From assembly GCA_965242725.1 (NCBI GenBank), contig CBDESZ010000025.1, forward strand, positions 96,001 through 160,000: DNA of 64,000 bases, in the 5' to 3' direction. Below are positions 39,392 through 49,870 of this stretch, piece after piece. A program made the translations under genes and the position numbers. Within the stretch, counting starts at the first letter, position 1; every line of letters begins with the position of its first letter. The notes under the pieces are model-generated. The model did no database searches, had not been told where the DNA came from, and saw only the letters and a program-made list of their open reading frames with translations. The stretch is from Alkalispirochaeta sp. (GTDB lineage: Bacteria; Spirochaetota; Spirochaetia; DSM-27196; Alkalispirochaetaceae).

Positions 39392-40123
39392 CTAACGGAC
39401 CGGGGTGGAGCGGGCGTACCATCGTGTCGCCTCCGTCACCTCTTCCATTGAGAACTGATGACCTCCGTCACTCCAGAGTGCCGTGAGGTCGGCTCCGCTC
39501 TCTTCCAGAATCTCAATGAGCCGTTCCGTCGACTCCCGGGGAATCATCGTATCCCGGCGCCCTGCGGCGATGAATACCGGTTTTCCCGTGAGATCGGGGT
39601 TTTGGTCGGGAGTCAGTGGAAGCATCGGGCGCAACAGAACCGCGCCGGCGGCGACATCGGGATAGAGCAGTAGCATCGCCGCCGCCATATTTGCGCCGTT
39701 GGAGAACCCGAGCATCCAGAGGTTCTCCCCCGCAATGTCCCGTTTTTCAGAAAGTTCCCTGATGAACAGCCGCAGCTCCTCCGCCCGTCTCCGTATGTCG
39801 TCCACGTCAAGGACGCCGGCGGCGTGACGGGCAAACCACCTGTTCATGCCGTTTTCCGGTGCCCGGCCCCGGGGACTCACGAGGAGAGCGGTCGGGGCGA
39901 TGTGGCCCCCCAATTCCAGTAAATCATATTCGTCGCCGCCGGTACCGTGAAGAAGGAGTAGGGTCGTCGGTGATCGCTCCTCTTCCGTTCCGCCGGCGCC
40001 GATAATCGACTGCTCCGCCGCAGCGGTGAATCCGACGGCCTCACCATGACGGCCGGGAGGCGACGTGACATAGGTAAAACCCGCAAGTTTTTCCATTGGG
40101 TATACAGGACGTTGTGGTTCCAT
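39392..40123 (-). CDS. Phospholipase/carboxylesterase, MhqD-like alpha/beta hydrolase
   Basis: LLHGTGGDE, GFSNGANMA, GRRD, GGH; alternative start 40138. Confidence 0.88.
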   Translation of the reverse strand: MEPQRPVYPMEKLAGFTYVTSPPGRHGEAVGFTAAAEQSIIGAGGTEEERSPTTLLLLHGTGGDEYDLLELGGHIAPTALLVSPRGRAPENGMNRWFARHAAGVLDVDDIRRRAEELRLFIRELSEKRDIAGENLWMLGFSNGANMAAAMLLLYPDVAAGAVLLRPMLPLTPDQNPDLTGKPVFIAAGRRDTMIPRESTERLIEILEESGADLTALWSDGGHQFSMEEVTEATRWYARSTPVR

Positions 40124-40134
40124 ATCGATTCCTT

Positions 40135-41097
40135 TCATGCCCGGGTTGCCCGGGAGGCGCTGCGCAGCGTCGGGAGGGTCGCCTCTATCGCCGCGCGTTG
40201 TTCTTCGTACCAGGGAGGGAGGACCAGCGTCTCTCCCAGATGATCCATGTCTTCATCGACGCCGAAGCCGGGGCCGTCGGTGGCGATTTCACAGAGCGCT
40301 CCCGAAGGTTCCCGAACGTACACCGACTTGAACCAGAAACGATCGACGACGCCTGAGGTGCGTCCGCCGTTTTCAATGATCTGTCGTTCCACGGCGAGCT
40401 CGCTCCGGTCGTCGGGGACGCGAAACGCCACGTGATGGACCGATCCGACCCCCCATGTTCCCCTCGGTGCATCGGGATCGACAAGGATATCGAGACGCTG
40501 GCCGCCGAGCCCTTCACCGACGGCATATCTGCGGCGTCCCCGCTCCTCCTTGCGGAAGGTGAATCCAAAGGCACCTCCGAGAAAGTCCGCGGTTGCCGCT
40601 TCCGATCGAAGGGTGATCGTCACCGCCCCCAATGCGCGAATTTGCCGCTCTTCCGGGACCGGTGAATTCTTCCAAGGTGAAAATTCGAAGGTACTGTACG
40701 GCTCGGTCGCGACAAGGGAGAGGGACATTCCGTGGGGATCGGAAAAGGGCAGGACCGTTTCACCGAATCGCTCCTCCCGGGGCCCCACGGTCACACCGGC
40801 GTCGGTGAGGCGGCGTTCCCACCAGTCGAGAGCATCCGGCGGAACGACAAAACTGACCTCTCCCCATACACCCGCACCGATACGCCCCGGGCCCATGGCG
40901 GGCCACGGGAAAAAGGTGAGATCCGTTCCGGGATGACCCTCATCGTCTGCAAAAAAGAGGTGGTACGTGTCGGGGGCATCCTGATTGATCGACTTTTTAA
41001 CCAGGCGCAAACCCAGTACTCCAACGTAGAAATCGAGATTTTCTTGCGGCGCACCGGCGATTGCGGTGATATGATGTATGCCGTTTACAGATGTCAT
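40135..41097 (-). CDS. Ring-cleaving dioxygenase/glyoxalase, MhqO/MhqA/PcpA-like
   Basis: GIHHITAI, LVKKSINQD, TYHLFF, GSVHHVAFR, DRFWFKSVY, EIATDGPGF; SD AGGAG. Confidence 0.92.
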   Translation of the reverse strand: MTSVNGIHHITAIAGAPQENLDFYVGVLGLRLVKKSINQDAPDTYHLFFADDEGHPGTDLTFFPWPAMGPGRIGAGVWGEVSFVVPPDALDWWERRLTDAGVTVGPREERFGETVLPFSDPHGMSLSLVATEPYSTFEFSPWKNSPVPEERQIRALGAVTITLRSEAATADFLGGAFGFTFRKEERGRRRYAVGEGLGGQRLDILVDPDAPRGTWGVGSVHHVAFRVPDDRSELAVERQIIENGGRTSGVVDRFWFKSVYVREPSGALCEIATDGPGFGVDEDMDHLGETLVLPPWYEEQRAAIEATLPTLRSASRATRA

Positions 41098-41262
41098 GAT
41101 CAACTCTCCTTGAATTGTCTGGTCATTTCCAATGCGTTTCCCGTACCGTTGGGGTACGGGAAAGAACGAAAATATCCGGCCCACGCCGCCTATTTTCGTA
41201 TTGGCTCTGTAGAAGGTCCGAAACCTTAGTAGAAACGTCAACTAAATGAAAGAGAGGAAAAA

Positions 41263-42195
41263 ATGCGATATGCAGTCTTTGGAACGGGAGGTGTTGGAGG
41301 ATATTTTGGCGGCCGACTGGCGGAGTCCGGTCGGGACGTCGTCTTCATCGCCCGGGGCGCCCACCTCGATGCGTTGCGCCGGGACGGCCTTGTCGTGTCG
41401 AGCGTGTCGGGAGATTTCACAATCTCTCCCGTGCAGTGTACGTCCTCCGCCGCGGAGGCGGGGCCGGTGGATGTGGTTATCCTGGGTGTGAAGGCGTGGC
41501 AGCTTGCAGAGGCGGCGGAGGCGATCAGCCCGCTCATCGGTCCCGGCACCGTGGTATTGCCGCTCGCCAACGGCGTTGAAGCGGCGGGTATTCTTTCACA
41601 GGTTCTCGGGAACGAGCACGTGCTCGGCGGATTGTGTGCAATCGTGAGCATGATCGAGGCGCCCGGGAAAATTCGTCACGCCGGCATCGATCCGGTGATT
41701 CGATTCGGGGAACTGGACAACCGCCGGAGTGAGCGGGTTCTGCAGATATATGACGACTTTTCAGCGTGTAAAGGCCTTACCGTCGAGGTACCCGAAAACA
41801 TTCACACCGCGCTGTGGCAGAAGTTTGTCTTCATCGCTCCATGGAGCAGTGTTGGGTCGGTTACACGGGTATCCATAGGGGTCATGCGGGAAACCGCGGA
41901 GTCCCGGGAGCTTCTCCTTTCCGTGCTCCATGAAGCGGTCGCGGTGGGACGCGCGGCGGGCGTCCCGTTACCACAAACCATTGAAGAGGATACGATTGCA
42001 ATGTATGACCGTGTGGCGTCGACGGGCACCGCCTCGATGCAGCGGGACGTTGCCGCGGGAAAGCCTTCGGAACTGGAGGCGCAGACCGGCGCAATTATCA
42101 GGCTTGGCGAGCACTACGGCGTCGCGACGCCGGCGGCGCGCTTCATATACCAGGCGCTCCGGCCGGGAGAACGGGTCGTCCGGAACGAGGTATAG
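41263..42195 (+). CDS. panE: 2-dehydropantoate 2-reductase
   Basis: GTGGVGGYFGG, GVKAW, NGVE, LWQKF, SMQRD, ELE. Confidence 0.9.
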   Translation: MRYAVFGTGGVGGYFGGRLAESGRDVVFIARGAHLDALRRDGLVVSSVSGDFTISPVQCTSSAAEAGPVDVVILGVKAWQLAEAAEAISPLIGPGTVVLPLANGVEAAGILSQVLGNEHVLGGLCAIVSMIEAPGKIRHAGIDPVIRFGELDNRRSERVLQIYDDFSACKGLTVEVPENIHTALWQKFVFIAPWSSVGSVTRVSIGVMRETAESRELLLSVLHEAVAVGRAAGVPLPQTIEEDTIAMYDRVASTGTASMQRDVAAGKPSELEAQTGAIIRLGEHYGVATPAARFIYQALRPGERVVRNEV

Positions 42196-42230
42196 GTCAA
42201 CCTGCGGGGTGGTGCAGCCGATGTTCGGCT

Positions 42231-44204
42231 TCAGTCAAAGCACCCCGCCAGGGTGAGACACTCGTCGGGAAGTGCCATTCGAGCCTCGACGAGTGCTTCG
42301 ACCACCCCCGGATCGGCAAGGGTGCTGACGTCACCGACGTCGTCGGGTTTCCGCTCCGCGATCTTTCGCAGGATACGGCGCATAATCTTGCCGGAGCGGG
42401 TCTTCGGGAGCCCCTTGGCGATGAGAATGTGGTCCGGCGCGGCGATCGGGCCGATGCGGTGTCGGACCTCGCCGCGGAGTTCCCCGACGAGTTCCGCATC
42501 CTGTTCCCATCCTTCCGCAAGGACGACGTAGGCAAAGATACCCTGTCCCTTGATTTCATGAGGGAAGGCGACGACGGCGGCCTCCGCACAGGCCGGGTGA
42601 TTCACGAGCGCCGACTCCACCTCGGCGGTTCCCATGCGATGACCGCTCACATTGATGACGTCGTCCACACGGCCGGTTATCCAGTAGTAGCCGTCGGTAT
42701 CCCGTTTGCACCCGTCGCCGGTAAAGTAGTATCCCCGATAGGGTGTGAGATAGGTGGAAAGGAAGCGGGGATGGTCATCCTGTATGGTCCGCACCATCCC
42801 CGGCCACGGCTTTTTGACGGCCAGAAGCCCCGAAATATCGTTGCCCGTTTGTTCATTCCCCTTTTCATCGAGGACAACCGGCTGAATACCGAAAAAGGGA
42901 AGGGTAGCGGATCCCGGTTTGGTCGGCGTTGCGCCGGGGAGGGGAGTGATCATGATTCCTCCCGTCTCCGTCTGCCACCACGTATCGACGATGGCGCACC
43001 GTTCCTCACCCACCACCCGATGATACCATTCCCACGTATCGGGGTTGATCGGTTCTCCGACCGTTCCGAGAATGCGCAGGCTTGAGCGGTCGTACCTGGT
43101 GACCCAGTCGTTTCCCTCCCTCGCGACGGCGCGGAGAGCCGTCGGCGCGGTGTAGAACTGGGTGATCCTGTGGCGCTCGACCATGTCCCAGTAGCGGCCG
43201 GGATCGGGATAGACCGGCGTCGACTCAAACATGAAGGTTGTCGCTCCGTTCACGAGGGGGCCGTATACGATATAACTGTGACCGGTGATCCACCCCACGT
43301 CGGCGACACATGCGTAGATGTCCCCTTCCCGATAGTCAAAGACGTAACGGTGGGTGAGGGCGGTATAGAGAAGGTAGCCCGCCGTCGAGTGGGCGATTCC
43401 TTTCGGCTTGCCCGTGCTGCCCGATGTATAGAGCAGAAAAAGGAGGTCCTCCGCGTCCATCGGTTCCACGGGGCAATACGGACGCTGTTGTGCCATCGCC
43501 TCGTCAAGGTCGACATCCCGGGGCGGAAAAAACGGCACCTTCACACCGGTGCGCTTTGTGACGAAGACGTTCCGTACCGTCGGGGTGGCCATGACCGCTT
43601 CGTCAACCGTGCGCTTGAGGGGTATGACCTTGCCGCCGCGTAGCCCCTGGTCGGCGGTTATCACCGCGACGGCGTCGGCGTCAAGAATCCGGTCACGGAG
43701 GGCGTCGGCGCTGAAACCGGCAAAGACGACGGTGTGGACGGCGCCGATCCTGGCACAGGCGAGCATCGCCATCGCCGCCTCGGGAATCATGGGCAGATAG
43801 ATTGCGACGCGGTCACCCTTGCGTACGCCGTACCTGCGCAGCACATTGGCCATGCGGGAGACGTCGTCCCGAAGCTGCCGATAGGTAATTGAACGTACCT
43901 CCTCCGGCTTGTCCCCTTCCCAGAGAATGGCGGTCTGGTCTCCCCGCGTTCCGAGGTGACGGTCAATGCAGTTATAGGCGGCATTGAGCCGTCCGCCGAG
44001 AAACCAGGCGATCGTTCCGTCGGCCATGCTGCTGTCCGAGACGGTGTGGAAGTCGCGCTCCCAGGTGAGCACCTCCCGGGCCTGCTCCGCCCAGAATGTA
44101 TCGGGATCCTCGACGCTCTTCCGGTACAGCTTCTCATAGCTCTCCAGATCCGGTATATGCGCCGACGTGTTCCAGGGAAAATCGGGCTTGTAGCTCTCGT
44201 TCAT
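42231..44204 (-). CDS. acs: Acetyl-CoA synthetase (acetate-CoA ligase)
   Basis: [43 protein letters not shown]. Confidence 0.96.
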   Translation of the reverse strand: MNESYKPDFPWNTSAHIPDLESYEKLYRKSVEDPDTFWAEQAREVLTWERDFHTVSDSSMADGTIAWFLGGRLNAAYNCIDRHLGTRGDQTAILWEGDKPEEVRSITYRQLRDDVSRMANVLRRYGVRKGDRVAIYLPMIPEAAMAMLACARIGAVHTVVFAGFSADALRDRILDADAVAVITADQGLRGGKVIPLKRTVDEAVMATPTVRNVFVTKRTGVKVPFFPPRDVDLDEAMAQQRPYCPVEPMDAEDLLFLLYTSGSTGKPKGIAHSTAGYLLYTALTHRYVFDYREGDIYACVADVGWITGHSYIVYGPLVNGATTFMFESTPVYPDPGRYWDMVERHRITQFYTAPTALRAVAREGNDWVTRYDRSSLRILGTVGEPINPDTWEWYHRVVGEERCAIVDTWWQTETGGIMITPLPGATPTKPGSATLPFFGIQPVVLDEKGNEQTGNDISGLLAVKKPWPGMVRTIQDDHPRFLSTYLTPYRGYYFTGDGCKRDTDGYYWITGRVDDVINVSGHRMGTAEVESALVNHPACAEAAVVAFPHEIKGQGIFAYVVLAEGWEQDAELVGELRGEVRHRIGPIAAPDHILIAKGLPKTRSGKIMRRILRKIAERKPDDVGDVSTLADPGVVEALVEARMALPDECLTLAGCFD

Positions 44205-44320
44205 GCGGTCCTCCTCGCGTATCGCTCCGCCGTAAATCGGTCGTCGGCCGTTTGTATTGTCGTATAGGTTAGTTAATCAGTCAACTTTTAATCCCGCCTC
44301 CGGTGAAGTACCATGGGAGA

Positions 44321-44854
44321 ATGGATATACATGACGTTGTGCGTTTGCGAAAAAGCGTCCGGTCCTGGGAGAACCGGGAGGTGGACGAGGAGACGATCAG
44401 GCGCATTCTGGACTCCGCCCGTCTTGCCCCTTCCGCCAAAAATGGTCAGGAATGGCATGTCGTCGTCGTACGCGACGGAGAACGGCGACGGCAACTGGGG
44501 GTTGAATGTGCAAATCAGCGCTTTGTGGGCGAGGCTCCCGCGGTTCTCGTGGTGTGCGGGGATGCTTCGATGGGGACGATGCGGTGCGGACAGCCGCGCA
44601 TGCCTGTGGACGTGGCGATCCTCATCGACCACATCACCCTCATCGCGGCGGCGGAAGGCATAGGAAGCTGCTGGATCGGTTCCTTCGATCCCGTCCTGGC
44701 GGGGCGGATCGCGGGTGTTCCCGAGGGGTGGGAGGTTGTACAGCTTCTGCCTATAGGGTATCCCGCGGCGGGCGAGACCGGGGAGAAACGGAAGCGGCGT
44801 AAATCACTTGACGAGATCGTCAGCTGGGAACGATGGGGAGGCGCGTCGCGATAA
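44321..44854 (+). CDS. Nitroreductase family protein
   Basis: RKSVRSW, APSAKNGQEW, GIGSCWIG, IGYP. Confidence 0.92.
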   Translation: MDIHDVVRLRKSVRSWENREVDEETIRRILDSARLAPSAKNGQEWHVVVVRDGERRRQLGVECANQRFVGEAPAVLVVCGDASMGTMRCGQPRMPVDVAILIDHITLIAAAEGIGSCWIGSFDPVLAGRIAGVPEGWEVVQLLPIGYPAAGETGEKRKRRKSLDEIVSWERWGGASR

Positions 44855-44879
44855 GAGACGGCTCGGGAACGGGGAGGTC

Positions 44880-45395
44880 TCATTTTCCCGGCGGTGATTT
44901 CTTCCCCGACAGCTCATCGATATACAGGGCAAATACGGCGACCGCCGCGACCATGCCGTCCGGGTACACCCAGTCCGTCCGCTCCGAGTAGTGCGCCATG
45001 ATCGCGTCGAGGCCCTCCCGTTTTTCATCGGGATCGGTCAGGATGGCGATCCGTCCCGCACCGACGACGCTGCGATAGTGCATGGTAAATCGATTGGCTT
45101 CCGCGGCGGTGATGAGTTTGTGGTCGGTGTCTATTGAGAATCCCCCGTGGGGATTGCGGCGTATGAGCTCGATCTTGCGCCCGGCGGAGGCACCGTGGAA
45201 AAAGAGGGTGCCGAGCTCTTCCCGACCGGCGCCCGGTGCGACCCCGCGGGTTCGTCTATACCCGAAATTCAGGGGGATGACGTACGGGTAGGGATCGTCG
45301 TGAAGGGCGAGATGACAGACGGGGGCCGTCTTCAGGATCGATTCGATTTCTTCCTCGGACGTTATGAGCTTGTCCTGCCGGCGCATGGGGTGCAT
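44880..45395 (-). CDS. Pyridoxamine 5'-phosphate oxidase-like flavin-binding protein (NimA-like)
   Basis: MRRQDK, PYVIPLNFG, FHGASAGRK, YRSVVG. Confidence 0.88.
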   Translation of the reverse strand: MHPMRRQDKLITSEEEIESILKTAPVCHLALHDDPYPYVIPLNFGYRRTRGVAPGAGREELGTLFFHGASAGRKIELIRRNPHGGFSIDTDHKLITAAEANRFTMHYRSVVGAGRIAILTDPDEKREGLDAIMAHYSERTDWVYPDGMVAAVAVFALYIDELSGKKSPPGK

Positions 45396-45447
45396 GGAGC
45401 TATCATAGGGGGACCGGACCGTTATTGGAAGCACCTATTGGAGGCAC

Positions 45448-46473
45448 CTACCGGAAGCGCTCCTCCATCCACCGCAACGCGATCTGCTCCTGCTCGTCCC
45501 ACTGGGCGTCTGAGTAGTTGAGAAAGGCGTGGTCACCACCTGGCCATATGTGGAGTTCCGCGTCTCCGCCGGCGTCGTTCAGCGCGGCGGCGTACCGGAT
45601 GGACTGGTCGACGTCCACCGTCCGATCAGCGTCGCCGTGGTAGAGCAGGACCGGCGGCATGTGCGGAGAGACGCGTTGAATGGGGCTGAGCTTCTTCAGT
45701 CTGCGTCGCGGAAAGAGCCGAAAACTGCCTGAGTTTTCAAAGGCGTCGCCCTCCCGCATGGCGACAAGGTCGGTGGGAGCGCACTCGGCAAGGACAAAGG
45801 CGGGGCGGGTCCTCGAGGAGTCGGTGAAGCCGTTGGGAAGGGAGGAAAATTCTTTGCCCGGGGACGCCGCCGTCATGAGGGCGACATGTCCTCCCGACGA
45901 GATGCCGTAGAGACCGATCCGGCTGCTGTCCCAGCCGTACAGGTCGGCGTTTTCCACAACCCACCCGTAGGCGCTGCGGGCGAGTCCGACGGGACCGCCT
46001 ATTCCCCTGAGGAGGGAGGTTGTGTAATTGACTGATACCACATACCACCCCCTGCTGCGCATGCGCCGAAGGAAGCGGTCGATGACGCGAATGGTGATCT
46101 TGTCGCCCCTCAGCCACGACCCGCCGTGGTAAAAGACGATGACCGGTGCGGCGGCGCGAAACGCGGCCGACACGTCGGGGGGTGCATTGCCGGTGGGAGA
46201 ATCGTCGGCGGGAGAGGCGTCGGCGGGAGAGGCGGCGCTGCCGTCAAGGGGACCGTAGATGTCCAGTCTGTACCTCCGCAGCAGGTCCGAGTGGTATTCG
46301 ACATCGTACAGGACCGGCTCCGCCGGTGCGGGCTGGTTGCGGGAATAGGCGATAAGGCGCGTGATCGTCTCAGGCGGGGGAAGGAAGAACCGTTGCGTCA
46401 GGGGAAGGGCGATCGCCCCGTACAGGGTAAAGGGTATCGCAAAGAGCAGGGGAAGGAGCGAACGGCCCATCAT
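45448..46473 (-). CDS. Alpha/beta hydrolase (HSL/BD-FAE-like esterase) with N-terminal TM or signal
   Basis: LDIYGP, HGGSW, GISSGGH nucleophile elbow, HGDADRTV, GGDHAF. Confidence 0.88.
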   Translation of the reverse strand: MMGRSLLPLLFAIPFTLYGAIALPLTQRFFLPPPETITRLIAYSRNQPAPAEPVLYDVEYHSDLLRRYRLDIYGPLDGSAASPADASPADDSPTGNAPPDVSAAFRAAAPVIVFYHGGSWLRGDKITIRVIDRFLRRMRSRGWYVVSVNYTTSLLRGIGGPVGLARSAYGWVVENADLYGWDSSRIGLYGISSGGHVALMTAASPGKEFSSLPNGFTDSSRTRPAFVLAECAPTDLVAMREGDAFENSGSFRLFPRRRLKKLSPIQRVSPHMPPVLLYHGDADRTVDVDQSIRYAAALNDAGGDAELHIWPGGDHAFLNYSDAQWDEQEQIALRWMEERFR

Positions 46474-46492
46474 CGCGGATCTTTCTCCCCGT

Positions 46493-47812
46493 TCATTCCC
46501 GGGGCGGAAGGGAAAATGCCCTTTCCAGATCCCGTATGTCGTCGTCGCCGATGGCCACGACCGGACCGAGTGCCTTTGCCATCAGGATCGATTCCGCTGT
46601 GTATTCGGCGACCTCCAGCCGATCAAATGCCTGGAGGAGGGAGCTTCCGGTGACGATCAACGCCTCATTGCGAATGATGACGTTGGGTGTTGCCGGCCCG
46701 ATCGCCGCAACGACGGCGTTGTAGTCCCGATATGAGATGCCGTAGGGCAGCTGCTCGATATCCCTGAGTAATATGTAGCTCTCCGGAATGACCCTGGAGT
46801 CAAAAGGCTCATGGGTGACGGCAAATGCCATCATCGCCGGCGGATGGGCGACGATAATCGCGTTCAGATCGGGGTGTGCCGCGTACAGGGCGCTGTGCAG
46901 GCGGGCGGATCGGCTTGCCGGTCTTCCTTCCTCGGCGCGATCACCGCGGACAAGGACCATGTCCGCCGGTTCCAGAAGTTTCCGGTCGTACCCGTAGGGG
47001 GTGATGAGAAAGGAGTCGCCGTCGATGCGAGCCGATACGGTTCCTTCCGTACTCGTCATGAGAAGCTGCTCGTACGACCGGTGTACGATGTCCGTGATCT
47101 CCCGGCGAAGTTCCTTTTCTTTTGTCGAATGTTCGGTGTGGGAAAAGGTCTCGATCACCGGTGCCTTTGTGTGGACTTCGGCAATTTCTTCATCGGAGAG
47201 GAGGGTTATCTCGCCGAGTCGCGACGCCCGTACCTCCAGGCGCGCGCAGAAGTCGAGTGTCTCAAAGCGCATGAAGGCCTCAAAAATGTCCGCCCCCGCC
47301 GTCACGGTGCCGTGGTTTTCAAGGAGGACCACGTCTGATCCTGCGGCAAACTGATCGGCGATCTTTCTGCCCAGCTCTTCACTTCCCGGAGCGGCGTAGG
47401 GTACCACGGGACAGTCGCCGCAAATGAGGTGTGCATTGGGTACGACCCGGGTCTGCACCGGCTGCCGTACCGCGGAAAAACTGACCAGGGTGGGTGGATG
47501 GGCGTGGACGATCGCTCTGATGTCGGGTCTCGCCGCGTATATCGCCCGGTGAAAGGGGTATTCCGATGACGGTTTGTGGCGTCCCTCCGTCGTGCCGTCG
47601 GGAAGAACCTTTACGATATCCTCCCGTCCGAGGGACCCCTTGTCCACGCCGCCCGGGGTGATCCACATCGCTCCCTCTTCATCGAGGAGGCTCAGATTGC
47701 CGCCGGACGTCGTGGTCATGCCGAACCGGTAAACCCGGTCCATCATCGCCACCAGGAGGTCCCGCGGGTGGGCTATGCGATGTTTGATTCCCACCCGTCG
47801 ATCGTTACCCAT
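46493..47812 (-). CDS. Class II aldolase/adducin protein with two tandem domains
   Basis: Domain 1: TTTSGGNLS, PSSEYPFH, HAHP, ENHG. Domain 2: TSTEGTVS, VAHPP, RNEA. Confidence 0.88.
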   Translation of the reverse strand: MGNDRRVGIKHRIAHPRDLLVAMMDRVYRFGMTTTSGGNLSLLDEEGAMWITPGGVDKGSLGREDIVKVLPDGTTEGRHKPSSEYPFHRAIYAARPDIRAIVHAHPPTLVSFSAVRQPVQTRVVPNAHLICGDCPVVPYAAPGSEELGRKIADQFAAGSDVVLLENHGTVTAGADIFEAFMRFETLDFCARLEVRASRLGEITLLSDEEIAEVHTKAPVIETFSHTEHSTKEKELRREITDIVHRSYEQLLMTSTEGTVSARIDGDSFLITPYGYDRKLLEPADMVLVRGDRAEEGRPASRSARLHSALYAAHPDLNAIIVAHPPAMMAFAVTHEPFDSRVIPESYILLRDIEQLPYGISYRDYNAVVAAIGPATPNVIIRNEALIVTGSSLLQAFDRLEVAEYTAESILMAKALGPVVAIGDDDIRDLERAFSLPPRE

Positions 47813-48290
47813 CGATTGCGTCTCCGCCGTCGATATAACGTTCAAGAACGGTCGTGACCAGCTCGTGGTCCTCTTCCTGGGTGAGTCCCGAAACGGTGAC
47901 CGTACCGATGACGCCCCCCTTCTGCAGCCTGATGGGGAATGATCCCCCGTGGGGACTGAATTCAAATGAACTGACAAAGAACCGCTCTTCTATGTTCATT
48001 TTTTTCGCCGCAAGCTCCCGTCCCACCAGAAAAGAGCTTTTCTGGAAACGCTGAACCACCGCGATTTTTCGTTCGATCCAGCGGTCGTTGTCGGGAGCGG
48101 TTCCCTCCATTGCGCAGTGGAAGAGGAGCTGACCCCAGGCGCGGATATCGATCGTCACGCCCACGTTGCGCCGCCGCGCCTCCTCCCGCAACGCCGTACC
48201 GATTGTGTAGGCGAGGTCATGGGTGAAGTCCGGAAAGCGGATGCGCTCTTCCTGCTCCAGGGTCTTTGCTATGTCTTCTTTGATAGTCAT
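47805..48290 (-). CDS. UPF0303 / GlcG-HbpS-like heme-degrading domain protein
   Basis: GTAPDNDRWIERK, HGGSFPI, VSGLTQEEDH. Confidence 0.88.
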   Translation of the reverse strand: MTIKEDIAKTLEQEERIRFPDFTHDLAYTIGTALREEARRRNVGVTIDIRAWGQLLFHCAMEGTAPDNDRWIERKIAVVQRFQKSSFLVGRELAAKKMNIEERFFVSSFEFSPHGGSFPIRLQKGGVIGTVTVSGLTQEEDHELVTTVLERYIDGGDAIDG

Positions 48291-48354
48291 GGTCTCATTG
48301 TAAACCATGACCGCCGTTTTGAAATGCCCCTCCCAGGGGCTCGCAGGTGCGCGC

Positions 48355-48825
48355 TCAGGAGGCGCAGCTGCACGTCCCGCCGCATCCGCAGGAATGTCCC
48401 GCCCGGGGATCTTCAAGAGAGATGTCGGTAATGGTCAGGTCAAAATGAAGGGGGACACCCGCGAGGGGATGGTTGCCGTCAAGGACGATTTCGTCCTCGG
48501 TGACCTCGGTGATGATCAGTATCGTATCGCCCACGCTCACTCTGAGTCCCGGCTCGGGATCCCGTCCGAGGGGCAGGGCGTCTTTTGCGATACGTCGTAC
48601 CTTTCCCTCATCCCTGGCCCCGTATCCCTCGTCGGGATCAACGACAAAGGTGAGGTGGTCCCCCGTGGCGGCTCCCTCGGTGTGGGTATCCAGCCCGTCC
48701 ACGACGTCTCCGTAACCGTGCCGAAAGGTAAAGGGTCCGCTGTAATCGCTGCTGCCGAGAAGCGTGCCGTCGGGAGCGGTGAATGTATATTCAATCGTGA
48801 CAAATGTGTCTTTCGTTACCGTCAT
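48355..48825 (-). CDS. slyD: FKBP-type peptidyl-prolyl isomerase SlyD
   Basis: PDEGYG, LDGNHPLAG, and Cys/His tail GHSCGCGGTCSC. Confidence 0.9.
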   Translation of the reverse strand: MTVTKDTFVTIEYTFTAPDGTLLGSSDYSGPFTFRHGYGDVVDGLDTHTEGAATGDHLTFVVDPDEGYGARDEGKVRRIAKDALPLGRDPEPGLRVSVGDTILIITEVTEDEIVLDGNHPLAGVPLHFDLTITDISLEDPRAGHSCGCGGTCSCAS

Positions 48826-48909
48826 ATGCTGATTAAATTAATCGTATATTACAGAAAGTGCAAGAGCGCAGCGATTGACAACGCCACCGGAATGGACTAC
48901 GCCTTGGGT

Positions 48910-49509
48910 ATGAAACGCACATGTATTTGGCTGGTGGTTCTTCTCACGTTGGGAACGACGGTCTGGGCGCAGCTCGGCACAACTCCCTCGGGATTCTCCC
49001 CTCACGAAAGTGTCGATCTGGAATTGTCGATCTTCTATCCCGACGGCTGGTATGTATCGGATCAGGAGGGCGGTCTTGCGGTGGTCAACCGGGAGGGGTT
49101 GCTTGATGACGTCGATTCTGAAATGCCGACCCTGCAACCGGGTGATACGGCGCTCTTTCTTGGAGTCATGCCGACCTTCTTTATGACGATGATGGGGATT
49201 CCCGTCGACGACATATCATCAATTCTCGACGGACTCTTTGACAACATCGTTTCCACCAATGACGGTGTTCTTGAGAACAGTCAAAAGGAGGTGTTGAACA
49301 TCGACGGACGCCGGGTCGCGACGGTAACCTTTGACGACTCCTCCCAGGACGCGTCGGGCATTTTCTTTGTTGCCCATGAACAGGACGAAGTCATTATCTT
49401 TGCCGTCGGGTACGGGTTCCGAACGAGTCTCGATCGCAACCGTTCGACTCTCGGACAGATCGTCGCGAGCGCCGAGTTTACCGGCGATTTCGAGGAGATG
49501 ATGCAGTAG
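48910..49509 (+). CDS. Hypothetical secreted acidic protein
   Basis: Sec signal from MKRT to VWA; SIFYPDGW. Upstream TTGACA(48875)-17-TACGCC-6-ATG. Confidence 0.7.
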   Translation: MKRTCIWLVVLLTLGTTVWAQLGTTPSGFSPHESVDLELSIFYPDGWYVSDQEGGLAVVNREGLLDDVDSEMPTLQPGDTALFLGVMPTFFMTMMGIPVDDISSILDGLFDNIVSTNDGVLENSQKEVLNIDGRRVATVTFDDSSQDASGIFFVAHEQDEVIIFAVGYGFRTSLDRNRSTLGQIVASAEFTGDFEEMMQ

Positions 49510-49870
49510 GGCGGTAATAACTCTTCGGGGCGTCCACCGACGCCCCTTCAAGGGTGCGAACCACCGTCCGTACCGCCGCCTCATAGTAGGGCGGGGCGAC
49601 ACGGCTGCGGCGCTGGCGCCGCAGTTCTTCCGAGACGCGGCCCCCTTTTGCGCCTCCCAGGAGTGAAAGGAGATGGATTTGTTCAAACTCCGACATGTAG
49701 AGAAGGCTCATGGCGATCTCCTTGTCGCCCAGGCGGAGGAGACGGTTCTGAGCGTCTACGGGGGGAATCTTTCCAAGAAGTTCTATGATTTTACGGTGGG
49801 GTGCGGGTTTTCGCCGAATCGAAGGACCCCCTCGGGCGGATTGCCGCGATTTCCATTTCCCGTCGGACAT
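49478..49870 (-). CDS. Small hypothetical protein with a FliG C-terminal-like segment
   Basis: LLRLGDKEIAMSLLYMSEFEQIHLLSLLGGAKGGRVSEEL resembles the FliG ARM/C-domain pattern. Confidence 0.55.
   Translation of the reverse strand: MSDGKWKSRQSARGGPSIRRKPAPHRKIIELLGKIPPVDAQNRLLRLGDKEIAMSLLYMSEFEQIHLLSLLGGAKGGRVSEELRRQRRSRVAPPYYEAAVRTVVRTLEGASVDAPKSYYRPTASSPRNRR

Noticed and set aside
46195..46235. 15-bp direct repeat within the esterase gene
   Set aside because: It encodes an in-frame low-complexity linker (ASPADASPAD) and is not a separate element.
48307..48909. N-terminal 200 aa of the 400-aa ORF 48307-49509
   Set aside because: It is antisense to slyD; the real gene starts at the signal peptide at 48910.
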